Part shown: positions 28,540 through 38,203 of the stretch, one piece after another
Layout: each line of letters opens with the position of its first letter
Position numbering within the stretch: the stretch's first letter is position 1
Assembly (NCBI GenBank): GCA_045046875.1
Contig: JASFYY010000050.1
Coordinates: 32,001 to 96,000, forward strand
Reading direction: 5' to 3'
DNA: 64,000 nt
Source: Verrucomicrobiota bacterium
GTDB taxonomy: Bacteria > Verrucomicrobiota > Verrucomicrobiia > Verrucomicrobiales > DEV007
The notes under the pieces: model-generated
Told to the model about the DNA's origin: nothing
What the model saw: only the letters and a program-made list of their open reading frames with translations
The model's database searches: none
Made by a program: the position numbers and the translations under genes

Positions 28540-30090
28540 ATGAAAACCACCCTCAGTCTCCTTTTTTTCCTTGTCTTCATTTGTCCCCGGTTATGGGCGC
28601 TAGAGAAAAGTTTCCCAAATATTATTTATATCCTGGCTGATGATTTTGGTTACGGGGATGCAAGTTGTTATAACCCTGAATCAAAAATAATCACACCTCA
28701 CATCGATCGTCTGGCTAAAGCTGGCATGCGTTTCACTGATGCCCACACACCTTCGTCGGTGTGTTCGCCAACACGTTATGGCATTTTGACCGGACGTTAT
28801 TGTTGGCGCACCAGATTAAAAGAGCGGGTGCTGGATGGTTTTGATCCGCCTTTGATCGAACCCGATCAGGTCACGGTGGCTTCTTTTTTGAAAAAACAGG
28901 GATACGCTACGGCAGCTGTGGGTAAATGGCATCTGGGCATGAACTGGACGGACAAAAAAGGCGTGGAGGTGCCGTGGATCCCTACTGCAGAGAAAAAGCG
29001 TCCAAGGAACGGTTTTGATGTGGATTATACCGTGAAGATCAAAGGTGGCCCGATCGCAGTCGGCTTTGATTATTATTTTGGTATATCGGCGTCGCTGAAC
29101 ATGTCGCCATTTTGTTATTTGAAGAATGATCGTGCTTTGCATCTGCCGGTTTGGCAGCAAAAACGCATCAGCACGGATTTTGTCTCAGTGGATGAGGGCA
29201 TGCGCTCACCGGACTTTACTATTACCGGGGTGATGCCGCGGCTCACCGGTGAAGCGATTGCAGTGATTGAAAATCACGCGACAGAAAAGTCGACGCAGCC
29301 TTTGTTCCTTTACGCTCCCCTGACCTCACCGCATTTGCCCTTGGCGCCGAATGTGGAATATCGCGGCAGTAGTCAGGCGGGAGAATATGGGGATTTTGTG
29401 GTTGAGACGGATGCGTTTGTCGGGGCGATTATGGATGCGCTGGAACGCACGGGGATGGCTGATGATACCCTGGTGGTGTTCACCTCTGATAACGGCGGTT
29501 TGTATCATTGGTGGCAAGCGAAGGAAGCGGATGACTTGAAACATTATCGAGTGAACAAGCGGGGGCAATATGTGAAGGACCGCGGGCATCAAGGCAATGC
29601 TCACTTACGTGGCACCAAAGCGGATATATGGGAAGGCGGGCACCGGGTTCCCTTCATCGTGCGCTGGCCGGGTAAAACTCCGGCGGGTTCGACTAGCGAC
29701 GAACTGATCGAATTGACGGATTTACTGGCCACCTGTGCGGCGATCACTGGCGTGGAGTTGCCGCAGGGGGCGGGTCCAGATAGTCGTAATATATTGCAAG
29801 CTTTGTTGGGGAGGGAAGGCGCTGAACCGCTGAGGGATTATGCCGTCCATCATTCCCTGTGGGGGATGTTTGCAATTCGTAAGGGGGATTGGAAATTGAT
29901 CGAGCACCGGGGTTCGGGTGGATTCACTCGTCCACGGAAAATTAATCCGGCAAAAGAAGGGGGGCCTGCCGGGCAGTTATATAACTTGAAGGATGATCCC
30001 GCCGAGACAAAAAACCTTTGGGATGAAAAGCCGCAAGTGGTGAAGCGGTTGTTGAAGCTGCTGAAAGAAGTGAAAGCCGACGATGCTTGA
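28540..30090 (+). CDS. Arylsulfatase (formylglycine-dependent S1 sulfatase)
   Basis: PNIIYILADDFGYGD, CSPTRYGILTGRY, GKWHLG, FTSDNG, WEGGHRVP, LYNLKDDPAE. Confidence 0.95.
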   Translation: MKTTLSLLFFLVFICPRLWALEKSFPNIIYILADDFGYGDASCYNPESKIITPHIDRLAKAGMRFTDAHTPSSVCSPTRYGILTGRYCWRTRLKERVLDGFDPPLIEPDQVTVASFLKKQGYATAAVGKWHLGMNWTDKKGVEVPWIPTAEKKRPRNGFDVDYTVKIKGGPIAVGFDYYFGISASLNMSPFCYLKNDRALHLPVWQQKRISTDFVSVDEGMRSPDFTITGVMPRLTGEAIAVIENHATEKSTQPLFLYAPLTSPHLPLAPNVEYRGSSQAGEYGDFVVETDAFVGAIMDALERTGMADDTLVVFTSDNGGLYHWWQAKEADDLKHYRVNKRGQYVKDRGHQGNAHLRGTKADIWEGGHRVPFIVRWPGKTPAGSTSDELIELTDLLATCAAITGVELPQGAGPDSRNILQALLGREGAEPLRDYAVHHSLWGMFAIRKGDWKLIEHRGSGGFTRPRKINPAKEGGPAGQLYNLKDDPAETKNLWDEKPQVVKRLLKLLKEVKADDA

Positions 30091-30754
30091 AAATGTGATG
30101 CAGATTCGCTGCCCGATGGTGTGCTGTTATGCTATTCGGGTGAATGAATGTGTCTATCTCATTGATACGGGGTTTGTTGGAGGAGTGAAGGCGATCGAGC
30201 GAGCCTTGGACCAGGGTGGTTGGAGCGGTTTGCCGGTGAAAGGTATCATCCTGACTCATGGGCATCTCGATCATACGTTGAATGCCGCATCGCTTGCAGA
30301 GCGGCATCAGGCGTGGGTGGCGGCTCCAGCAGCCGATCGCTTATTATTGAATGGGGATTTTCGGGTGACTGGACTTGGATGGGTAGGAGGTGCGATGCAG
30401 CAGATGGGTGCAGTTTTTTTGCATTATAGAAAGACTGAAGATATTACTTGGTTCGAAGAAGATACTCCAGAAGTGTTTCCTGATGGTCTCAGTTTTGTGA
30501 AATTGCCGGGACACACGGCGGGACATTCGGGATTTCTTTTTGGTCGTTATTTGTTTTGCGGAGATGTGTTTGCCAGTTTTGGGGCGGCGACTCATTTGTC
30601 GCCTGGGATTTTCAACGAAGACACCGAATTGGCGAAAAAGAGTTTGCTCGAAGTGGCAAAAATGGATATTGACGGAGTGTTCCCTCATCATTGTGATAGA
30701 GCTCCCCCGGAAATACATCTTGAGAGGTTGAGAGGGATTGCCGCTAAAATTTAA
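30083..30754 (+). CDS. MBL-fold metallo-hydrolase
   Basis: LIDTG, THGHLDH, PGHTAGH, GD; overlaps the sulfatase stop. Confidence 0.88.
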   Translation: MLENVMQIRCPMVCCYAIRVNECVYLIDTGFVGGVKAIERALDQGGWSGLPVKGIILTHGHLDHTLNAASLAERHQAWVAAPAADRLLLNGDFRVTGLGWVGGAMQQMGAVFLHYRKTEDITWFEEDTPEVFPDGLSFVKLPGHTAGHSGFLFGRYLFCGDVFASFGAATHLSPGIFNEDTELAKKSLLEVAKMDIDGVFPHHCDRAPPEIHLERLRGIAAKI

Positions 30755-30818
30755 GCATGGAAAATTGGTCACTACGGAAAATATATTTTAAGGGGAGGAT
30801 CCCTATGCAAAATAGTTC

Positions 30819-30846
30819 TTGTGTGAGGCGGATGTCGTTGTATTAT
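30819..30846 (+). promoter_or_regulatory. Possible sigma70-type promoter of the RAYT gene
   Basis: TTGTGT-N16-TATTAT, about 50 bp upstream of ATG 30898. Confidence 0.35.
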
Positions 30847-30897
30847 GGGGGAAGGGAATATTAGGGGGAGTCGAAGCGCTAGAGGAAGGGATCAGTT

Positions 30898-31956
30898 ATG
30901 AGGAAGATACGGGAATTTTTATTGGGGCCGGAGGGGCAGACGAATTATTATCATGTGGTGAGCCGGACGACGGGGAGGGATATCTTGTTTGAGGATGATG
31001 AGAAGGAAACTTTCCGCATTTTGATGCTCAAGCAGTTGAAATTCAGTGGGCTGCGGGCGTTGGCTTGGTGTTTTATGGGCAACCACTTTCATTTGTTGTT
31101 GGAGGTGCCGGATAGGGAGTTGGCGACAGCGGGGTGGAAGGATGAGGATTATATCAAGCGGCTGGAGGTGTTTAAAAGTGAGTGGTCGAGTAAGTTGGTG
31201 TTGGATGAGGTGGAGATGTTTAGGGGAAATGGGGCGGATGAAAAGGTGAGCGAGATTGCGGAATCGGTGAAAGCGCGGTTGTTTGATCTGTCGATGTTTA
31301 TGAAGGAGTTGAAGCTGAAAATGACATTGGCTTACAACCGGAAACATGGACGAGTGGGGACTTTGTGGGAGGGACCGTTTAAGAGTGTCTTACTACAGGG
31401 GCCGAGTTGTGAAGGTGGGGAGAGCAGTGATGCGCTGCGGATGGTGGCGGCTTATATTGATCTGAATCCGGTTCGTGCGGGATTGGCGCAGGAGCCGGAG
31501 GGTTATCGCTGGTGCTCGTATGCGGCAGCGGTGGCTGGGGTGCGAGGCGCACGTCAGGGTTTGTGTTTTGCGGTGACTGGTCGGAGTCGAGTGGCGTGGA
31601 GGAAGGTGGCGCAGGAGTATCGTTGTTTGCTGTATGCAAAAGGGGAGACGGTGAAAGCGAGTGAAACCGTGGATGGTTACAACAAAGGCAAGGATGGTTT
31701 CAGCCGGGCGGAGATTAAGGATGTGTTGGAATCGGGTGGGCGCTTGCCAGTGGCGGAGGCTTTGCGCTGTCGGGTGAGGTATTTTACTGATGGAGCGGTG
31801 TTGGGCAGCCAGAGGTATGTGGATGATTTTTTTGAGAGCAAGAGGGAGTGTTTTGGTGCGCGACGTAAGGACGGCGGGCGTAAGATGCGCGGGGCGCAGT
31901 GGGGGGATTTGCGGGTATTGCGGGATTTAAAAGTGGATGTGATAAGAGGGGCGTAA
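30898..31956 (+). mobile_element. REP-associated tyrosine transposase (RAYT, HUH/Y1 family) with C-terminal extension
   Basis: YYHVVSR, CFMGNHFHLLL (HUH), LWEGPFKS, catalytic YIDLNPVRAG, YRWCSY. No terminal inverted repeats seen. Confidence 0.9.
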
Positions 31957-32119
31957 CAAGTGGTTGTCCGGCTAAATACGAGATGTGATGGCGTAATTTG
32001 ATATCTAAACCTGTGGTCGATTTTGTTGAAATTCCGCCGACTTTAATTGACTTTAGGGGCAAGTTCTTATAAACGGTAACAGCCCTTTTTCTGTACCAAT
32101 TCAGGGCTGGATTGATGAG

Positions 32120-32653
32120 ATGGGATACCGCGTTTTTATATTTGTATTATTGCTGATCACTTGGGTGGTGCTTTCAGGCCAGTTTGACGCTTTCCATTTG
32201 ATCCTGGGCTTGATTTCATGTGCTTTGGTGACGTGGATGTCGTCGGATTTGTTGTTTCGCACCCGAGAGGATCCGGTGATGCAGCGGGTGCAGGAGGGCT
32301 GGAAGTTGGCATGGTATTTTTTGTGGATGTTGTGGCAGATTTTTCTGGCGAATATCGCAATTTTGAAGCTGGCGCTGTCACCAAGCGCTTTACAGCAGGT
32401 TAATCCGAGCATTGTGCATTTTAAAACCAAGCTGAAGTCAGATTTTGCCAAGTTTTTGCTAGCTAATTCGATCACTTTGACCCCGGGTACGGTGACGATC
32501 AAAATCAGCGGTGATGACTTTTACGTGCATGCGATTAATGAGGAGGCAGCGGCGGGTTTGGACGGGGAAATGGAGCAGCGTATCGCGTGTATTTACCGGG
32601 CGGAGAGTGCTGCGTCCAGCAGAGAATCCAGTGGAGAGGAGGATTCCCAATGA
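32120..32653 (+). CDS. mrpE: Na+/H+ antiporter subunit E
   Basis: LANSITLTPGTVT and VHAI motifs; first gene of the operon. Confidence 0.93.
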   Translation: MGYRVFIFVLLLITWVVLSGQFDAFHLILGLISCALVTWMSSDLLFRTREDPVMQRVQEGWKLAWYFLWMLWQIFLANIAILKLALSPSALQQVNPSIVHFKTKLKSDFAKFLLANSITLTPGTVTIKISGDDFYVHAINEEAAAGLDGEMEQRIACIYRAESAASSRESSGEEDSQ

Positions 32654-32961
32654 ACACCTTTTTTGTTTGGTCGGGCATTGCATTGTTGCTGATGATGGTG
32701 CCGATTTTTTATCGCATGCACATCGGCCCGACAGCGATTGACCGGATTTTAGCGGTTAATGTGATTGGCACTAAAACAGCAGTTTTGCTGGTTTTCATCG
32801 GAACGATTTTCCCCGGGGGGCGAATTGAAATGTTCGTCGATTTCGCCTTGGCTTACGGCTTGTTGAATTTTATTGGATCGTTGGCAGCAGCGAGATATTT
32901 CCATCGTTCCAAGGCGGTGGTTGGTGAAATTGATGTGGAGGGAGAAGCTGAGGAGTCCTGA
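32650..32961 (+). CDS. mrpF: Na+/H+ antiporter subunit F
   Basis: GPTAIDRILA...DFALAYGLLNFIGSLAAARY; ATGA overlap with mrpE. Confidence 0.92.
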   Translation: MNTFFVWSGIALLLMMVPIFYRMHIGPTAIDRILAVNVIGTKTAVLLVFIGTIFPGGRIEMFVDFALAYGLLNFIGSLAAARYFHRSKAVVGEIDVEGEAEES

Positions 32962-32964
32962 CAA

Positions 32965-33345
32965 ATGAGTATCATTATTAACATCATCAGTATCGTTTTC
33001 ATCCTAGCCGGCCTGGTGTTTTTCTTTGGCTCGGTGGTGGGGGTGGTGCGCTTTCCGGACTTTTACACCCGCATGCATGCTGCGGGCAAGGGGGACACCT
33101 TGTCAAGTTTGTTGGTGGTCATGGGGTTTGCGGTGTATCACCTGGGTCAGATTCACTGGACGGATTTTGCTTGGGCTGATTTGTTGGTGGTGATCAAGTT
33201 GCTCGCTATTTGTGCTTTCATCATGCTGACTTCGCCAACCGCGACCCATGCCTTGATGGATGCGGGTTATGAGGACGGCATCGAGCCGCTGTTGCGGAAA
33301 AAGGGCAATGCTTTACAGGATAAGGAGATAGGAGATAGGAGATAG
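32965..33345 (+). CDS. mrpG: Na+/H+ antiporter subunit G
   Basis: GVVRFPDFYTRMHAAGKGDTL, LTSPTATHAL. Confidence 0.93.
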   Translation: MSIIINIISIVFILAGLVFFFGSVVGVVRFPDFYTRMHAAGKGDTLSSLLVVMGFAVYHLGQIHWTDFAWADLLVVIKLLAICAFIMLTSPTATHALMDAGYEDGIEPLLRKKGNALQDKEIGDRR

Positions 33346-33352
33346 TTTTTAC

Positions 33353-33598
33353 ATGATCTGGCAGTTCGACATTATCATTCTTATTTTCCTGGTGATCACG
33401 GCGGTGATTTCTTTACGGGTGAAGGATTTGTTAGCGGCTTCGATGGTCTTTGGCACCTATAGTTTTTTGATCTGTCTTTTATGGGCGGGTATGGGGGCGG
33501 TGGATGTGGCTTTTACTGAGGCGACGGTTGGCGCGGGCATCAGTGCGGTTATTTTGATCGCTACGGTTTACAATACCAGGAGGGATTCATCGGATTAA
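33353..33598 (+). CDS. DUF4040 / MbhD-like Mrp subunit (stand-alone MrpA C-terminal segment)
   Basis: GAVDVAFTEATVGAG motif. Confidence 0.85.
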   Translation: MIWQFDIIILIFLVITAVISLRVKDLLAASMVFGTYSFLICLLWAGMGAVDVAFTEATVGAGISAVILIATVYNTRRDSSD

Positions 33599-33602
33599 GA
33601 AT

Positions 33603-34364
33603 ATGAAGTGGATCGGACTTATAGCGGTGATATTTACTGGGGGCTTGTTGCTCTCGGCGATGGATGATTTTCCTAATTGGGGTGATGCGCATTCACCTGC
33701 CAATGCTAGTCTGGTGTCACAGTATTATATCGAAAAAACCATCGAGGACTCAGGGGTTCCTAATATGGTGACGGCGGTTTTGGCGGATTATCGCAGTTAT
33801 GATACGATGTTCGAAACGGTAGTGGTATTGATCGCGGGTATTGCGATTATGGCGATCCTGCGAGTGATGAATCAAGTCCCTGGTGGGGCACGGCCTTCGC
33901 CTGCGCATGAGATTGGGGATCATCATGATATCATTATTGGTACCACTTGCCGGCTGTTGATTCCCGTTTTACAATTGTTTGCTCTTTATGTGATTGCGCA
34001 TGGTCACCACAGTCCGGGCGGGGGGTTTCAAGGGGGCGTGATTCTGGGGGCGAGTTTTATTTTGACTGCTATCGCCAAGGGACTGGATCCGGCCTTGGAA
34101 AGATTGCCCGAAAAACGCTACGTGAAACTTGCTTTTGTCGGCGTGGTGATTTATTCCAGTTTCGGGGTGGCGTGTTTGTTACTGGGGGGGGATTTTCTGG
34201 ACTACGGGGTCTTGCATGTGTTGCTGCCGACGATTGATGCGGCCGAGGCGCGTTCGCACAGCATGTTGGGAGTTGAAGTCGGTGTCGCTTTTACGGTGTC
34301 TGCGATCATGTTTGCGATCTATGCAAATCTGGCTAGCAAGGGTGAACTGGAAGGAGGGCTTTAA
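33603..34364 (+). CDS. mrpB: Na+/H+ antiporter subunit B (MbhE+MbhF-like)
   Basis: NMVTAVLADYRSYDTMFE and HGHHSPGGGFQGG. Confidence 0.92.
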   Translation: MKWIGLIAVIFTGGLLLSAMDDFPNWGDAHSPANASLVSQYYIEKTIEDSGVPNMVTAVLADYRSYDTMFETVVVLIAGIAIMAILRVMNQVPGGARPSPAHEIGDHHDIIIGTTCRLLIPVLQLFALYVIAHGHHSPGGGFQGGVILGASFILTAIAKGLDPALERLPEKRYVKLAFVGVVIYSSFGVACLLLGGDFLDYGVLHVLLPTIDAAEARSHSMLGVEVGVAFTVSAIMFAIYANLASKGELEGGL

Positions 34365-34373
34365 ATTTTTGTC

Positions 34374-34850
34374 ATGGGCGAAATTACGAGTCAATATCTG
34401 ATCGATCACTTCAACTTCTGGGTTGCGGTGGTGTTGATGATGATCGGGCTGTATGCCATGATCACGAAGAATAATCTGATCAAAAAACTGATCGGCATGT
34501 CGATTTTTCAGACGGCGATTATTTTGTTTTATGTGTCTGCCGGGGTGAAAGAAGGGGCGACGATTCCGATTCTGGAGCATCACGCGGTGGAGACGGAGCA
34601 GGTGGAAGCGGGTGAGCACGCGGAGGGGCATTCCACAACAAATGCTTCGGGCAGCCACGAGGCTCATGCGATCAATCCTGATGATTATTCAAACCCTTTG
34701 CCTCACGTTTTGATGCTGACGGCCATCGTGGTGGGGGTGGCGACGCTGGGGGTGGCTTTGGCGGTGTCGCAGGTGATTTATAAAAATTACGGAACTTTGG
34801 AGGAAGACGAGATTCTTGCTAAAATAAAAGCAGCGGAAAACGATGGCTGA
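34374..34850 (+). CDS. mrpC: Na+/H+ antiporter subunit C
   Basis: NLIKKLIGM...NPLPHVLMLTAIVVG; His-rich loop insertion. Confidence 0.93.
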   Translation: MGEITSQYLIDHFNFWVAVVLMMIGLYAMITKNNLIKKLIGMSIFQTAIILFYVSAGVKEGATIPILEHHAVETEQVEAGEHAEGHSTTNASGSHEAHAINPDDYSNPLPHVLMLTAIVVGVATLGVALAVSQVIYKNYGTLEEDEILAKIKAAENDG

Positions 34851-36393
34851 GCAATACCCTATCATCGTATTATTGGTGCTATTGTTTGGAGCACTTTTTG
34901 TAGGTCTGGCCGGCATGGCGGATCGGCGGGTGTGTTTTCCTCTGACGATGACGGCCTTGGTTTTAGCGGTCATGGTTTCGGTGGGGATTTTGCAACGGGT
35001 GATCAGTGGCGGCGTGATTCGCTATTTTGTTGGCGGGTGGAGCCGGCCGGTGGGCATCGGTATCGAACTGAGGATCGATACAATCAATGCTCTGGTGTTG
35101 TTGACCATCACTACGGTGGGCCTATTGACGGCGCTGTTTTCTTTCCGCCGGGTGCAGGAGGACAAAACTGAAAAAACGCCTTTGTTTTACGTGCTCTATT
35201 TGCTGCTGATCATGGGTTTGTCGGGGATGGTGATCACTGGTGATGCGTTTAATTTGTATGTTTTGTTGGAGGTGTCGTCACTCACGTCTTACGCGTTGAT
35301 TGCGATGGGTAAGTCGCGCCGCGCGGCAGTGGCGGCGTTCAGTTATATCATCATGGGAACGATCGGTGCATCGTTTTATTTGCTCGGGGTGGGTTACCTC
35401 TATTTGCGCACCGGCACGTTGAACATGATGGAGATTCATCAGGCGATTTTGGCGTTGGATGGTCCTTCGAGCACCATTGTGGTGGCTTTTGTGCTGATCC
35501 TTGTTGGTTTGATGATCAAGATGGCTTTTTTCCCCTTGTTTGGCTGGTTGCCCAACGCTTACTCTTATTGCCCGTCATCGACGTCCTGTGTGGTTGCACC
35601 GTTGATGACCAAGGTGGGGGTGTATGTGATGGTGCGGATGATGCTGACAGTGTTCGGAACTGAGTGGGTGTTTGAAAACCTGCAGTACACCCAGTGGATG
35701 GTGGGCATGGCGGTGCTGGCGATTCTGGCAGGTTCAGTGATGGCTCTGGCCCAAGTGGAATTGAAAAAAATGTTTTGTTATCTGATTGTCGCCGAGGTGG
35801 GTTACATGGTGGGCGGGGCTTGGATGGCGAACCACTGGGGCATGGTGGGCACGATTTATCATATCATGGGCGATGCTTTCATGACTTTGTGCATGTTTTT
35901 GGCTGCTGGTATTTTTGTCAAACAAGCAGGGGTGGTGCGCATCGATCAACTGGATGGCATGTTCCGCAAAATGCCGTGGACGATGGCGGGGTTTGTGGTG
36001 GGTGCTCTGGCGATGATCGGGATCCCGCCGACCTGTGGGTTTTTCAGCAAACTGTATCTCATTCGTGGAGGTATGGAGTCCGGGCATTGGGGTTATGTGA
36101 TGGCGCTGTTGATTTCCAGTCTGGTGAATGCGGTGCTGTTTTTCAGGATTTTTGAGATTGCCTATTTCGGCAAAAAACCTGCCGAGGGCCATGGGCACCA
36201 TGCGGATCATTCCGAAGAGAGCGTGATTAAGGAGGCGCGGCCGAGTGCTTTGATACCGCTCTTGGCAACGGCGGTGATTATTGTGTTGCTGGGGCTTTTC
36301 AATAGCAATCTGGTGGAGCTGATAGAGCGCTCTTTGCAGGGCTCGGAGGTGATTGGAACGAGCGTTTTGTCTTCGAAAGGGGGGCTGGGCTGA
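34843..36393 (+). CDS. mrpD: Na+/H+ antiporter subunit D
   Basis: GDAFNLYVLLEV, KMAFFPLFGWLPNAY, GIPPTCGFFSK. Confidence 0.9.
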   Translation: MAEQYPIIVLLVLLFGALFVGLAGMADRRVCFPLTMTALVLAVMVSVGILQRVISGGVIRYFVGGWSRPVGIGIELRIDTINALVLLTITTVGLLTALFSFRRVQEDKTEKTPLFYVLYLLLIMGLSGMVITGDAFNLYVLLEVSSLTSYALIAMGKSRRAAVAAFSYIIMGTIGASFYLLGVGYLYLRTGTLNMMEIHQAILALDGPSSTIVVAFVLILVGLMIKMAFFPLFGWLPNAYSYCPSSTSCVVAPLMTKVGVYVMVRMMLTVFGTEWVFENLQYTQWMVGMAVLAILAGSVMALAQVELKKMFCYLIVAEVGYMVGGAWMANHWGMVGTIYHIMGDAFMTLCMFLAAGIFVKQAGVVRIDQLDGMFRKMPWTMAGFVVGALAMIGIPPTCGFFSKLYLIRGGMESGHWGYVMALLISSLVNAVLFFRIFEIAYFGKKPAEGHGHHADHSEESVIKEARPSALIPLLATAVIIVLLGLFNSNLVELIERSLQGSEVIGTSVLSSKGGLG

Positions 36394-36394
36394 T

Positions 36395-37894
36395 ATGCCG
36401 GAAGTGATCCAGACTTACACGCCGCTGTGGGCTTGTTTGAGCGCCTTGTTGGCGGTGGTGCCGATTGTATTGCTGCGCAAGGAAACATTCTTGCGTGAGG
36501 GGGCTACTTTTGTGGCGGGTTTTGTGATGCTGGGTTTTGTGATTTCGATGGTGCCCGAGGTGCTGGCAGGCAAAGTCTTGGAATGCACGCTGATTGAGAT
36601 CACCGCTGATGTGCCGATCAAGTTCCGGGTGGATGGACTGGGTATGCTGTTTGCCTTGGTGGCGTCGAGTTTGTGGATTGTGACCTCGCTGTATTCGGTG
36701 GGTTATATGCGAGGATTGAAGGAGCATTCGCAGACGCGGTTTTTTGTGTTTTTCGCGGTTTCCCTGACGGCAACGATGGGGGTGGCTTTTGCTGGCAACT
36801 TGCTGACGCTCTATTTGTTTTACGAAATGTTGTCACTGGCAACCTGGCCACTGGTGACTCATCATCAGGACAAAGAAGCACGCGGAGGTGGACGGAAATA
36901 TCTGGCTTATTTGTTAGGCACCTCAGTTGGGTTTGCGCTGCCGGCTTTGATTTTTTGTTATGTCAAAGCTTCGGCGACCGGGCTCGAATTTTCAGCTGCG
37001 GGTTTTCTGGCCAGCACTGGGGTGGAAGGCTCGACCGCTCTGGTACTGTTATTGCTTTTCACTTTCGGTTTCTCCAAAGCGGGGCTGATGCCTTTTCATT
37101 CGTGGTTGCCTGGTGCGATGGTGGCACCGACTCCGGTGTCGGCTTTGTTGCATGCGGTGGCGGTGGTGAAGGTGGGCGTGTTCTGCATCATCCGGGTATT
37201 CACCGGAGTATTTGGGTTGGCTTTTTTGAAGGAATTGGACATCGCCATCGTGGTGTCCTGGATCGCGGCTTTCACGGTGATCACTTCGTCATTGATCGCC
37301 TTGACGCAGGATAATTTGAAGCGTCGGCTGGCTTTTTCGACGATTGGTCAGTTGGCCTACATTATTTTGGGCGTGTCTTTGCTGGAGGATCGAGCGGTGA
37401 TCGGCTCGATGGCACACATTGCCATGCATGCGGTGGGTAAAATCACCTTGTTCATGTGTGCGGGGGCGATCTTTGTGGCAACGGGCAAAAAATATGTTAG
37501 TCAGCTGGACGGACTGGGGCGCAAGATGCCGCTGACCTTTGTCGCGTTCACGATTGGAGCATTGAGCGTGATTGGGCTGCCGCCGACGGGTGGGTTGATC
37601 AGTAAATTTTATCTGGTGACCGGCGCAATGGATGCAGGACAACCCCTGTTGGTGACCGTCTTTCTGGTGAGCACGCTATTGAACGCTGCCTATTTGTTAC
37701 CGATCGGCTATCGCGCATTTTTTCCTAGGGATCGACAACTGTCGAGTCAGCCCTTTTCTTGGAAAACAACGGCAGAAGCTCCTTGGGCTGCGGTGTTACC
37801 ACTTTGTGTGACTTCTATATTGGCGATCGTATTATTTGTGAAACCTCAACTGCTATTAAAACTCGCCAGCCTGATGGTGAGTGATGTGGGATAA
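36395..37894 (+). CDS. Second antiporter-like subunit (MrpA/NuoL-like core)
   Basis: YLFYEML, KAGLMPFHSWLPGAMVAPTPVSALLHAVAVVKVG, LKRRLAFSTIGQL. Start at ATG 36395. Confidence 0.9.
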   Translation: MPEVIQTYTPLWACLSALLAVVPIVLLRKETFLREGATFVAGFVMLGFVISMVPEVLAGKVLECTLIEITADVPIKFRVDGLGMLFALVASSLWIVTSLYSVGYMRGLKEHSQTRFFVFFAVSLTATMGVAFAGNLLTLYLFYEMLSLATWPLVTHHQDKEARGGGRKYLAYLLGTSVGFALPALIFCYVKASATGLEFSAAGFLASTGVEGSTALVLLLLFTFGFSKAGLMPFHSWLPGAMVAPTPVSALLHAVAVVKVGVFCIIRVFTGVFGLAFLKELDIAIVVSWIAAFTVITSSLIALTQDNLKRRLAFSTIGQLAYIILGVSLLEDRAVIGSMAHIAMHAVGKITLFMCAGAIFVATGKKYVSQLDGLGRKMPLTFVAFTIGALSVIGLPPTGGLISKFYLVTGAMDAGQPLLVTVFLVSTLLNAAYLLPIGYRAFFPRDRQLSSQPFSWKTTAEAPWAAVLPLCVTSILAIVLFVKPQLLLKLASLMVSDVG

Positions 37895-37897
37895 AAA

Positions 37898-38203
37898 ATG
37901 GCTCAACAAAAAAAAGAATTTGATTGGTTTGACCGTCCGAGCTCGCGGCGACTTTTGTGGCGTTTGCTGTGGGGAGCCTGCGCTTTGTCGGTGGTTGCCG
38001 AATTGTTTGTTCATCGCCATCCGTATTTTGGCATCGACGGGATTTTTGGTTTTTATGCGCTGTTGGGTTTTATCGGCTGCACGGCGATGATTCTATTGGC
38101 GAAGGGTTTGGGGAAATGGGTGAAGCGGAGTGAAGATTATTACAATGATCACATCGAGGATGATGTGATTCCTGAAGATATAGATGACGGCCATGCTGAC
38201 TGA
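37898..38203 (+). CDS. Small 2-TM membrane protein within the mrp operon
   Basis: FGFYALLGFIGC...KRSEDYY; tightly packed between two antiporter genes. Confidence 0.8.
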   Translation: MAQQKKEFDWFDRPSSRRLLWRLLWGACALSVVAELFVHRHPYFGIDGIFGFYALLGFIGCTAMILLAKGLGKWVKRSEDYYNDHIEDDVIPEDIDDGHAD

